The notes under the pieces: generated by a model | What the model was told of the DNA's origin: nothing | Database searches by the model: none | The model's input: the letters and a program-made list of their open reading frames with translations, nothing else | Virus record (IMG/VR): IMGVR_UViG_3300026885_000046 | Coordinates: 1-37,535 of that record | Length of the DNA: 37,535 nt | Direction: 5' to 3' (one strand) | In this document: piece after piece, positions 1 to 8,829 of the stretch | How positions within the stretch are numbered: position 1 is the first letter of the stretch | Layout: each line of letters begins with the position of its first letter | Made by a program: the position numbers and the translations under genes

Positions 1-63
1 ATTTGTGACGATGAGGAAGAGGAATTGGAAGAAGACATGGAGGATCTCTATGAGGAGGAATAA
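1..63 (+). CDS. Partial CDS, acidic C-terminus (ICDDEEEELEEDMEDLYEEE*)
   Basis: Frame 1 is open from the window edge to TAA at 61-63. Confidence 0.55.
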   Translation: MCDDEEEELEEDMEDLYEEE

Positions 64-79
64 AAGAGATGATAAGAAA

Positions 80-703
80 ATGAACGAATTTAAGGAAATT
101 GATAAAATACGCCCTAAAACAATTCCTAAGAACATTATTTACGCTATTGATAGTTACGCCGAGAAACAGTCAGTTAGAATGTCGATAAAATATGCAAGAG
201 TAGACGAAGACCTAGGTTGGAAAGTGCCATTGGTTTGGGATTACGACGATTTGGTCAAAATTAAGGGATTTGATAAACTTATAGAGGCCGTCAAGAGCAA
301 GAAAGTGATTGAAATAGGAGGTGGAAATGGATATTTAGCTTACATACTGTCGCATTACGCTAAGCATGTAGATACTTTCGAGGGTTGGTCTCCTTATGCA
401 GTAATTTATAGTAATTATATATTTCCAGAGGTGGTAAAAAAGGGGCTTAGTCTCAACTACATTATAAGATACGTAACAGAAGACGACTTACGGTATTTAG
501 GTAGGTATGACGTTGGAATTTACTCTGGCCTAGACAAGCACAGTGAAATCCTAAGCATGCTCAGTAAGGTCTCAGAGAACGTTATATGGACAACGTTTTG
601 TAACGTAAAGAAGAAAGACAAAATTAATACTAACATTGACGTTTGTGTATTCAATTTAGAAAGTGATAACGTGACCGACAAGTATAGTTCTAAAGGGATG
701 TGA
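80..703 (+). CDS. Class I SAM-dependent methyltransferase
   Basis: Motif I VIEIGGGNGY and acidic residue after strand 2 (VDTFE); ATG 80 preferred over 5 because it follows the upstream stop. Confidence 0.75.
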   Translation: MNEFKEIDKIRPKTIPKNIIYAIDSYAEKQSVRMSIKYARVDEDLGWKVPLVWDYDDLVKIKGFDKLIEAVKSKKVIEIGGGNGYLAYILSHYAKHVDTFEGWSPYAVIYSNYIFPEVVKKGLSLNYIIRYVTEDDLRYLGRYDVGIYSGLDKHSEILSMLSKVSENVIWTTFCNVKKKDKINTNIDVCVFNLESDNVTDKYSSKGM

Positions 704-709
704 GAAAAA

Positions 710-1438
710 ATGGACAGAGATGAACTTAAGCAAATAATACAAAACCTTCCCGATAACTCTCCTAAACTTCTGGAGTATTTGAAAGAGGCAAGGGAAAAAG
801 GATGGACTGATGTTATTGATATGATTGCCGTGAAGTTAGGACTAAAAGAGGAGAAGAAGAAAGGAAAGAGAGAGGAAAGCGAGGTGCTTAAGAGGATCTT
901 AAAGCCATTGGGCAAGAAGAAGATAGAACACACCTGGGACTACTCGGTGGATTTCCTCGAAGCTAAGAAAGTACTCATTAACGCCTATAAACAGCTATTT
1001 GATCTCAACTTGATGCCCTATGAGGCTTATGTTGCAATTCTTCTGATACAGCTGGTTAACGGTGCTAGAATTAAAGAAGCGATCAGAGCGTTTAAGACGT
1101 TCGTGGAATCAGGACAAAAAGAATTCCAGTTAAAGGCAGAAAAGCATGGCAACACAAGGTTCTTCATTATTCCTGAGGTCATCAGGAACAGACTAGCCTA
1201 TAAATCGATACTTATAATTGACGATGATAAACTAGAAGCGAGGATAAGGATGTTTGCACGGAAGTATCTGAAATGTAACACACATTCGTTGCGATATGCA
1301 CTGATCTCCTTCCTTGCAAAAAACGCCACAGACCCTGCAATCATTGCGAAGATAACTGGGCATAAGAAGTTGGACAGGATTATACAGTATACACAAACGA
1401 AAGATGCGATCGAAATCTTACGTAAACTGGGGAGTTAA
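710..1438 (+). CDS. int: Tyrosine recombinase/integrase
   Basis: Catalytic motifs GARIKE (R), K, HSLR (HxxR), TGH and IIQY (Y). Confidence 0.92.
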   Translation: MDRDELKQIIQNLPDNSPKLLEYLKEAREKGWTDVIDMIAVKLGLKEEKKKGKREESEVLKRILKPLGKKKIEHTWDYSVDFLEAKKVLINAYKQLFDLNLMPYEAYVAILLIQLVNGARIKEAIRAFKTFVESGQKEFQLKAEKHGNTRFFIIPEVIRNRLAYKSILIIDDDKLEARIRMFARKYLKCNTHSLRYALISFLAKNATDPAIIAKITGHKKLDRIIQYTQTKDAIEILRKLGS

Positions 1439-1662
1439 CCTAGGTTCAGTTCGAATTATCGTTATCCTTTTTTCCTCAATTCGTACTTTTGCTATATATA
1501 CCTCCTCGAACTTTTCCCTAGTTTTTATCTCCCTCTGTTGGTTTCACCATTACGAAATTAAAACATGTTAAGGCTTTCCGTTCCCTTAACCCCTTTCTTT
1601 GTAAAATTGCATATATTCCTTATTATATATAATATAAGGGAAAGATCTGACCTCTCTTGCTT

Positions 1663-1674
1663 TTTATTTTTTAA
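1663..1674 (+). promoter_or_regulatory. T-rich TATA-like promoter TTTATTTTTTAA (putative late class)
   Basis: About 22 nt before ATG 1697; the motif recurs at the same spacing before several other genes. Confidence 0.7.
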
Positions 1675-1696
1675 CTTACCCTTCTACTTCTTATTA

Positions 1697-1930
1697 ATGA
1701 CATTTCGTAAAATAGATAACGGGGTAGAAATAAAATACGATAATGGTTATACAATCAAGATTAAGGTTGAAGGAGATAAGCTTAAGCTGAGGGAAGAATA
1801 TGAAGGTAGACCGTACACTGACACGATGTTTTACCTCTCGCCAAGCCAAGCGATCGAAATAAAAAAGGCATTGAAAGAAGCTAAAAGCGCAGATGACGTA
1901 TTGAAGCTGTTGCAGGGCGTTATGAGATGA
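1697..1930 (+). CDS. Hypothetical protein (77 aa)
   Basis: Track ORF 1565..1930; ATG 1697 fits the leaderless promoter spacing; ATGA overlap with the next gene. Confidence 0.75.
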   Translation: MTFRKIDNGVEIKYDNGYTIKIKVEGDKLKLREEYEGRPYTDTMFYLSPSQAIEIKKALKEAKSADDVLKLLQGVMR

Positions 1931-4900
1931 TTTATAGACCACATTTTACATATATTGTAGCAGACACTCCAAAACAAACGCAGGCTAGAGAGGCTGCTGC
2001 AAGCGAAGAATGGAGGAAAAGGCTCCTCCTAAGACCTTATGAGATTAGAACGCAACATGAGTCAGTAACGTCTATACCTAGAGAAGTAATAGTAAAGCTT
2101 ACACACCTTTCAACACATGAGCAAGAACCAATCGTTAACCCGCCAGCACATATAACCCTATTACGTATCATAAGGCCTCGTGAGAGTGAACAAGAACCAA
2201 ACCCGCCAGCACATGAACAAAGGCGTATCTATTTCTTTGGAGGATCTTCCCCTAATTTGCCTACCGACCTCCAGAAGCCTAGGCCGTTTATAACATATGT
2301 GCCTAATAGTTTTTGGGAGCAGATTACCCATAAGCAGGAAACAAACTCATCTGTTATACACCACACCGAAGGCCTTAGCCCGTGGGCACGTAGTCATATA
2401 GCAATGGCGCCTGGTGAAAGAACTCCAACACCTAAACTAACGCCGTTCGATCAGCTCCACATTGCAGCATCTGGTATCGAAGGGTCCCCAACACTGAATT
2501 CTGGTCCTGTAATACCACAACAAACCGTGCCAGTAACGATAGGAAGGACATTAAGTTATATACACCAAACTGAAGGTGTTAGTTCCTCACCACCACCTAG
2601 CCCCCCACCACAATCTTCACCACCAGCTAGCCACACATCTTCACAATCCAGTAACCCATTCGGCTTCTTCGGTTCCTTAGTCGGTTCATTTGTTAATGCT
2701 GTGACCAGCGCAGTAAGTAGAGGTAATAATTCGGGAGGAGGTCAATCAAATAACCCGCTCACGTCGTTCCTCAGCTCTGCTGCAAATGCCGTGTCTAGCG
2801 TAACAAATGCTATCGGAAACACAATAAGTCATGGCCAAATCGTTGCTAATGCTGCAACTTCTGGAGGCCAACCCAGTAACCCATTCGGTGCGATAGGTTC
2901 GTTCTTCGGTTCAATCGGCAGCGGCATAACTAATGCTGCGTCAACATTTGTTAGTGATGTAACTAATGCAGCGAAGAGTGTTGGCAATGCGGTACATAAC
3001 GTTGAGAACGCAGAAATTAATGCAGCAAAAGGTATCGGGAGCGCAGTAACTGGCGCATTATCAACTGCTGGGAAAGCAGTAACTGGCGCACTGACAGATG
3101 TCGGGAACACAGTAATTGGAGCACTTTCAGCTGCGAATAACGCGATACAGAACGCGTATAACTCTGCTTTCGGTAACCAAACCCAACAAGAGAAACAGCA
3201 ATTACAAAATCAGCTTAACCAGTTGAAACAGCAGGGACAACAAGAGTTGAACCAAATTAGCCAAGAGAAACAGCAGATACAGTCTCAGTTGCAACAAGTG
3301 CAGCAACAAGCTCAACAGGAATTAAACCAGGTTAATCAGGAAAAGCAACAAGTACAGTCTCAGTTGCAACAAGTCCAACAACAAGCCCAACAGGAGTTGA
3401 CTCAAATCAGTCAGAACGAACAACAATTACAGAACGCGTTACAACAAATACAACAATACCAAGCTCAAGCGATGCAGATGTTACAACAGAACCCTAACAA
3501 CCCGCAATTACAGAACTACTTACAACAACTGCAACAAGCTCAACAACAAGTAGAACAAGGACTGACCCAGTTACAACAAGAACAACAACAAATACAATCT
3601 CAGTTACAGCAAGCACAGTTACAAGGTCAACAAGAATTGGAACAACTTAACCAAGCTCAGCAACAAATACAGTCTCAGTTACAACAAGCTGAACAACAAG
3701 GTCAACAGGAGTTAACCCAACTTAACCAAGCTCAGCAACAAATACAGTCTCAGTTACAACAAGCTCAACAGCAAATACAGCAGGAGATGTCACAACTTAA
3801 CAAACAAGGACAAGGAGGTAACCCAATACAACAGTTCTTCAATGACGTTGCTGACGTTTCTGCGTTAGTAGGTTATTACGCTACCGAGGGGTTAGGAGGT
3901 GTAGGGGAGGAGTTAGCTCACGTTGTTCAAGGTAAAGGTCTTGAGAACTTCAGTCAAGCAGTTTCACAGTTCAACAAGGCTGGAGGGCAAAACATCGCTA
4001 GAGCTGTAGGTGACGTGACAGAAGTAGCGTTACCTGCAGTGGTTACTGCTGTCGTTGCACCGGAGTTGTTGCCGGCTGAGCTTATAGGCGAAACGTCATC
4101 GGTAGGTATCGGTGAAGTCGCCTCAAAGCTGACCACGGGTAAGTGGCAATCACTACCTGAGGTGCTTCAGGAGGCAAACGAGGGGGGCGTGTTAGGTGCT
4201 ATCGGTGAAGCAGGAGGTCTGGCGTTAGAGTCAGGTCTGGCGAAGGGGGCAGGAGCGTTAACGAAGCTATTAACAGGCAGTGAAGAAACCGCATCGAAGA
4301 TAGCAGGATTAACACCGGTATGGAGAGCAGCAGGTGGTGCTGAAGCAGGCGGTCTGGCGCTAGAGTCCAGCCTGGCGAAGGGGGCAGGAGCGTTAACGAA
4401 GCTATTAACAGGCAGTGAAGAAACCGCATCGAAGATAGCAGGATTAACACCGGTATGGAGAGCAGCAGGTGGTGCATTAACTAATACAGCATTACAGTTA
4501 CCTTTTACACAAAATCCCGAACAGTTAGCAATTGCCGGAATTGTAGGTGGTTTAGCAGGAGGACTGGGCCCTGGTGTAGCTGGTAAGCTGATGAGTAAAA
4601 TAGACGAAATTAGAGGAACTGGCGGTGTAGCGGAACTAGAGACGCTCAGATCTCCCCTCACTGGTGAGACCACAAAGGCGTGGAAGATAACGCTCCCTAA
4701 CGGAGACGTGTTACATTTAGTACCAAGAACTACGTTCGGTGAAGGAGATTTAGAGAGTTTCATAGACAGATACGTGAACGAAGTAGGCAAAAACAATCTG
4801 TTGGCTCACGTTACGCCGTCACGTAATTTCATTAAGGATGTAAAAGAAGGAGAAGTAGAAATAAAACCGAGCCAAAGTGCATCGGGAGACTGGGCATGGA

Positions 4901-6159
4901 GGATCCCTTCTAAAAATAACGAGTTCTACTTATCACCAGGAGAAGGTGAGCATGAGGCTGTAGCGTTAACAGGTTATACAGAGCTGAAGAGCACTGAACC
5001 AAGAGTGCCAGACTTTAGGTTGGGACAGTCAAGCGTAAGAAGGGTAATGGACAGGTTCTTACACCCATTCGACCAAGGTGGGATAATCCTGACACGTGGC
5101 GATATTGAAGTTGGTCCTACACCTCCGAGAGATCTGGTGGAGTATATCGCCCAGCTGAAAGCTAAATACGGAGGAGATAATAACGCAGTAATCAAAGAGT
5201 TATTGAGTAACCCCGAATACGGGCCGAAGTATATGGAATTTAGAAACGCGGTTAAAGAATTCAGTGCAGGAGAAGGGAAACCGGTAATAGGTTCTGAAGA
5301 CTTATTGGGCTTAAGTCACGAAAGACAAGCAATATTGTCAACTGGAGCGAAATTAAGGGGGACTGGTGAAGAGTACAACGTCTGGATAAGGCAAACACCA
5401 GAACTTCTAAAGAATTTGCCTGGGCCTTTACGTGACGTGTTATCTGACTGGTCGAGGCTGAAAGTCGTTGGTGCGGACATAATACCTGGTGAGCCCACAG
5501 ATTTGTTTAACGTAAACAAAGAGAACGAGAAAGGGTTGAGAGGTGAAAGGGAGTTCAAGGAGGAAGAGGAAATACCTGAGTTGAAAGAAGAGGAAGAGAG
5601 AGTACCTGAATCGGGAGAAGAGGAAGGGGAGTTGAAAGAACCAATATTACGAGAACCACTTTGGCCGGAACGTGAGCCACAACTAAGTGAGCCTCAGCTA
5701 GAGGACACGGGGTTACAGACATATACTTCACCTCCACGGGTCAATTATCCATCTCGTTCACCGATTGACAATCCGCAAATATTACCTCCACCTGCACCTT
5801 CACCTCCGCCTATCCGCTCACCTCCTATCAGTTCGCCACCTATCCGTTCACCACCACCTATCCGTTCGCCACAGATTAACTCACCACCGCCTATCAGTTC
5901 ACCTCCAATCAACTCACCAAAGATCTATTCACAGCCAATTTATTTACCTCCAACCTCAGTACCAGAGTACATAGAGATAGATTCACAATCATCGTCACCA
6001 CCCCCCGTGTTCTCTTCATCATCGATAACCGAAGGGGGATCATCAATACCAATGGGACCACCGCCAATGGTACCTTCGGTAATGCCAGGCGGATTTGGTG
6101 GGGGCGGTAACAACGTACAAGAAATTAGCGGAATGTCAGGTGAGGTAATATATCTATAA
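1927..6159 (+). CDS. 1410-aa multidomain protein: G/A/S-rich amphipathic region, Q-rich coiled coil, hydrophobic segments, globular domain, acidic and P-rich tail; probably virion-associated
   Basis: Long ORF with clear compositional domains; function inferred only. Confidence 0.8.
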   Translation: MIYRPHFTYIVADTPKQTQAREAAASEEWRKRLLLRPYEIRTQHESVTSIPREVIVKLTHLSTHEQEPIVNPPAHITLLRIIRPRESEQEPNPPAHEQRRIYFFGGSSPNLPTDLQKPRPFITYVPNSFWEQITHKQETNSSVIHHTEGLSPWARSHIAMAPGERTPTPKLTPFDQLHIAASGIEGSPTLNSGPVIPQQTVPVTIGRTLSYIHQTEGVSSSPPPSPPPQSSPPASHTSSQSSNPFGFFGSLVGSFVNAVTSAVSRGNNSGGGQSNNPLTSFLSSAANAVSSVTNAIGNTISHGQIVANAATSGGQPSNPFGAIGSFFGSIGSGITNAASTFVSDVTNAAKSVGNAVHNVENAEINAAKGIGSAVTGALSTAGKAVTGALTDVGNTVIGALSAANNAIQNAYNSAFGNQTQQEKQQLQNQLNQLKQQGQQELNQISQEKQQIQSQLQQVQQQAQQELNQVNQEKQQVQSQLQQVQQQAQQELTQISQNEQQLQNALQQIQQYQAQAMQMLQQNPNNPQLQNYLQQLQQAQQQVEQGLTQLQQEQQQIQSQLQQAQLQGQQELEQLNQAQQQIQSQLQQAEQQGQQELTQLNQAQQQIQSQLQQAQQQIQQEMSQLNKQGQGGNPIQQFFNDVADVSALVGYYATEGLGGVGEELAHVVQGKGLENFSQAVSQFNKAGGQNIARAVGDVTEVALPAVVTAVVAPELLPAELIGETSSVGIGEVASKLTTGKWQSLPEVLQEANEGGVLGAIGEAGGLALESGLAKGAGALTKLLTGSEETASKIAGLTPVWRAAGGAEAGGLALESSLAKGAGALTKLLTGSEETASKIAGLTPVWRAAGGALTNTALQLPFTQNPEQLAIAGIVGGLAGGLGPGVAGKLMSKIDEIRGTGGVAELETLRSPLTGETTKAWKITLPNGDVLHLVPRTTFGEGDLESFIDRYVNEVGKNNLLAHVTPSRNFIKDVKEGEVEIKPSQSASGDWAWRIPSKNNEFYLSPGEGEHEAVALTGYTELKSTEPRVPDFRLGQSSVRRVMDRFLHPFDQGGIILTRGDIEVGPTPPRDLVEYIAQLKAKYGGDNNAVIKELLSNPEYGPKYMEFRNAVKEFSAGEGKPVIGSEDLLGLSHERQAILSTGAKLRGTGEEYNVWIRQTPELLKNLPGPLRDVLSDWSRLKVVGADIIPGEPTDLFNVNKENEKGLRGEREFKEEEEIPELKEEEERVPESGEEEGELKEPILREPLWPEREPQLSEPQLEDTGLQTYTSPPRVNYPSRSPIDNPQILPPPAPSPPPIRSPPISSPPIRSPPPIRSPQINSPPPISSPPINSPKIYSQPIYLPPTSVPEYIEIDSQSSSPPPVFSSSSITEGGSSIPMGPPPMVPSVMPGGFGGGGNNVQEISGMSGEVIYL
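3175..3810 (+). repeat. Gln-rich imperfect 75-bp (25-aa) coding repeats
   Basis: QQIQSQLQQxQQQxQQELxQxxQ units repeated several times. Confidence 0.85.
4207..4476 (+). repeat. Near-perfect 135-bp (45-aa) tandem duplication
   Basis: 4207-4341 vs 4342-4476, EAGGLALES...VWRAAGGA twice. Confidence 0.95.
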
Positions 6160-6172
6160 ATGGTGAGAAAAG

Positions 6173-6343
6173 ATGAGAGGCGTAGGATGGATACACGTTC
6201 AAAGACCGACGTTTACTCCGGTGGTTTTTTATGACCCTGTAGGGAAGATGCTATATGTACCAGTGAATGTATATCATCCCGTTATACCTAAGTCGCCGCC
6301 GATTTATCATGTGGTATTAGACAACAACTTACTTACTCTTTAA
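6173..6343 (+). CDS. Small hypothetical protein (56 aa, MRGVGWIHVQ...), below the track cutoff
   Basis: GGTGA RBS upstream; open to TAA 6341-6343; directly follows the 1410-aa gene. Confidence 0.55.
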   Translation: MRGVGWIHVQRPTFTPVVFYDPVGKMLYVPVNVYHPVIPKSPPIYHVVLDNNLLTL

Positions 6344-6698
6344 CATAAACAATTTTTGAAGGGTCTTTTACTGTGAGCCGATAATGAATGTCAAGAACCG
6401 GAACGCCGTAATGGATATCGTTACTGAACCAAACGTCAGCAACACCTTCTTCTTTTTTTACCTTCTTTACTTCAACATATTTCTTTTCAATTACAAACCG
6501 CTTTTTCCCCATGAAGACATAATATTTGCCTTTTTTTAACATGAAGCTGCAGCGTTGCCACGTTCCGTTAACGAAACACTCTGTGATTATGTTAACACTC
6601 CGCTTTAGCTTTCTTTCATAACCAACGTCCTTGTTTGTGTATAACACACCCTCCCTCGGTTCCCACTTACCTATCAAACGCTTTAAAGTTCTTAGCAT
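6333..6698 (-). CDS. Basic hypothetical protein
   Basis: 121-aa ORF with a TTTAAATA TATA box about 22-29 nt upstream on the minus strand. Confidence 0.7.
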   Translation of the reverse strand: MLRTLKRLIGKWEPREGVLYTNKDVGYERKLKRSVNIITECFVNGTWQRCSFMLKKGKYYVFMGKKRFVIEKKYVEVKKVKKEEGVADVWFSNDIHYGVPVLDIHYRLTVKDPSKIVYVKE

Positions 6699-6805
6699 AT
6701 CCTACTTTTTAGAAACAGAATATTTAAATCCCGAGGGTCTGTTTCAGGAAGGTCACTCTCACGTCCTTATGTTTTATTTTTAAGCGTAATTTCCCAATTC
6801 TTCAT

Positions 6806-7282
6806 ATGCAGTATCTAATCCTACTCTTACTCATATTTGCCGCAGTAGCCATTATCGTGACGTTGCTACCTTACGTAAGCCTCATAATAACGAGTATTAA
6901 CAACGTCAACGCACGTGTGTACACACTATACAATTCAAGCGTTTACATGAGCGGTACGTGGCTGGTTAACGGTAGCAAAATTCAGCAAGTCTCTACATCA
7001 CCGTCGAACAAGCTCGTTATTGAGGTAGCACAAGGTTCTTACGTTTATGTTTCTAACCAAACGTGGAGTGAGATGTTATCTGATAACGGTGATAACGGGC
7101 CTATATTCTCACCTTATGCGACGTTCAACCTCTCAGTTGGTTACTACAAGTTTAACATTCCTACGGAAGCTTTTGACTTCGAACGACCTGTTTACAGTGT
7201 GCTGTCGAGTCTGGCGTTCTTCTTAGCTGCTGCAGTGGTGTTTATCCTCTTTATGGTGTTGTCGTATAGCCGTAGAAGGTAG
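6806..7282 (+). CDS. Membrane protein (N- and C-terminal TM), putative virion protein
   Basis: Hydrophobic termini, N-x-S/T sequons, T-rich promoter at 6773-6783. Confidence 0.8.
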   Translation: MQYLILLLLIFAAVAIIVTLLPYVSLIITSINNVNARVYTLYNSSVYMSGTWLVNGSKIQQVSTSPSNKLVIEVAQGSYVYVSNQTWSEMLSDNGDNGPIFSPYATFNLSVGYYKFNIPTEAFDFERPVYSVLSSLAFFLAAAVVFILFMVLSYSRRR

Positions 7283-7369
7283 ACGGGGTTTGTCCCACCA
7301 CTTTACCGTCTCAGTTCACGTCTTTGTAACGTAATATATTTTTTAATGCCTTCGTATACGTACATCTTG

Positions 7370-7525
7370 ATGAAGTACAAAGAACACTCCGGGAGACTAA
7401 CCGAGTGGAGAAGGGAATTTGCAGAAGCTGCACATATGTGTGCTGCGAAGGTCAAAGGTCTACCTAAGGGAGAGAAAGTAAGGGCATATAGGGCTTGTAT
7501 GAGAGAAACACTAAAGAAGAAATAA
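7370..7525 (+). CDS. Small basic protein (51 aa, MKYKEHSGRL...RACMRETLKKK) with two Cys
   Basis: Not in the track; TTTTTTAA promoter about 23 nt upstream. Confidence 0.65.
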   Translation: MKYKEHSGRLTEWRREFAEAAHMCAAKVKGLPKGEKVRAYRACMRETLKKK

Positions 7526-7526
7526 C

Positions 7527-7697
7527 ATGTTCGGACGAAAAGAGCAACCCATCGACGTTATCGAAAGTGACGAAAACACCATAAAACTGCAGACAACAAA
7601 CGGTACGGTAAACGCGAAAAGGATACTCAGCGTAAACGGTAAACACGTAGTATTCGTAGACCAATACGGGAACGTGAAAGAGGCACTCCTAAAGTGA
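7527..7697 (+). CDS. Small hypothetical protein (56 aa, MFGRKEQPID...)
   Basis: Starts 1 nt after the previous stop; followed by a T-tract. Confidence 0.65.
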   Translation: MFGRKEQPIDVIESDENTIKLQTTNGTVNAKRILSVNGKHVVFVDQYGNVKEALLK

Positions 7698-7738
7698 TCT
7701 TTCTTTTTATTTTTTAGTTCTCTCTCCTATTTCTTCTT

Positions 7739-8128
7739 ATGCTAACATCACTGGGTAAATTCGCCTTAGCCTTCATCATAGGCTTCACCATCATAAATAC
7801 AATGATCCAAGTAGACCTAGCTTCAGTAGGTTATCCACAAATACCGTACTTCACGCTAATTGTAAACCCTGAAGCGTTTACAGCCATTATTCACAGCACT
7901 GCGGTTACGAACATGCCTTTTGCCTTCATCCTTTACGCAGTAGGGCTCCTCATCTTCAACGCTTTAATCAATTTCGTTGCAGGCATACCGATAGTGTTTT
8001 ACGAAATGGCTGCAATCAGTGGTAACCCCGGTCTTATCGTAGGTGCGTTGTTAGTGGGTGCGATGTTACAGGCGATGGCGTGGCTGTACTTACTGGAAGT
8101 GCTGGCACAGTTCTTCTTCCCGGTCTAG
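7739..8128 (+). CDS. Multi-TM membrane protein
   Basis: About three hydrophobic helices; T-rich promoter at about 7706-7716. Confidence 0.8.
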   Translation: MLTSLGKFALAFIIGFTIINTMIQVDLASVGYPQIPYFTLIVNPEAFTAIIHSTAVTNMPFAFILYAVGLLIFNALINFVAGIPIVFYEMAAISGNPGLIVGALLVGAMLQAMAWLYLLEVLAQFFFPV

Positions 8129-8205
8129 TTAGGGGGATACCCCCTAGTGGGGGAACACCCCCACACCCCCATTAGGGGGGTACCCCCTAAGACCCCCAAT
8201 CCTAA
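8129..8205. repeat. GC-rich palindromic (REP-like) element, copy 1
   Basis: TAGGGGGATACCCCCTA, GTGGGGGAACACCCCCAC and TAGGGGGGTACCCCCTAAGACCCCCAAT modules. Confidence 0.9.
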
Positions 8206-8244
8206 AGTAATTTATTTTTTAACTCCTTCTCCTATTTTTTCAAT

Positions 8245-8829
8245 ATGAAAGTCCTAGTTGTAGACCTGGACAATACACTCTTCGATACAAAGGCTAGGTA
8301 TAACGCGTGCTTGGCGGAACAAGGTGTAGCTTCGTTGGATTCTCTTCACGGGGAGGCTAGGAGGAAGTTCTGGGAGTGTTACCAGTCACCACGGTACATG
8401 GATTTCGATATCCCTAACAAGGACGTGTTAAGCACTGTCAAGAGAGCGAAAGAAAAGGGTTGGGTCGTAGTGTTGCTGACCGGGAGGAACGGTGAAACGC
8501 AAAGGGAGAAAACGGTTGAACAGTTGCAGAAGTTTAACGTACCATATGACTACCTGATAATGAGGAACCCCGGCGATTACAGGAAAGAGGTGGAGTATAA
8601 GAGGGAAATACTCAACGGTCTGAAGGGGTTGGGTGACGTTATACTCATAGACGACAACCCGGAGGTAAGAAAGTTGGTACCGAAAGCGTTCCCTCCAGAC
8701 GAGAGCCCGACAATTGATGAGGCAAAGGATCAAGGCGAACTGAACGTTATGTTTTACACTAAATACCCACCCGTCATAACTAAGGGGGTGAACAAAGTTG
8801 AAGATGAAGAAGTTTTTGATCTTGAGTAG
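8245..8829 (+). CDS. HAD-superfamily phosphatase (PNKP 3'-phosphatase-like)
   Basis: Motifs VVDLDNTL, LLTGR, K and LIDDN. Confidence 0.88.
   Translation: MKVLVVDLDNTLFDTKARYNACLAEQGVASLDSLHGEARRKFWECYQSPRYMDFDIPNKDVLSTVKRAKEKGWVVVLLTGRNGETQREKTVEQLQKFNVPYDYLIMRNPGDYRKEVEYKREILNGLKGLGDVILIDDNPEVRKLVPKAFPPDESPTIDEAKDQGELNVMFYTKYPPVITKGVNKVEDEEVFDLE

Noticed and set aside
1440-1460. tRNA T-loop-like GTTCGAAT as attP
   Set aside because: No flanking T-stem or acceptor stem
2829-5974. Antisense and alternate-frame ORFs inside the 1410-aa gene (and similar ones inside other long genes)
   Set aside because: Shadow ORFs of biased-codon genes, with no promoters or motifs
7430-7442. TGCACATATGTGT as a possible lone edge repeat
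   Set aside because: No AGCAA end, no loop repeat and no 38-nt periodicity; lies in a coding region
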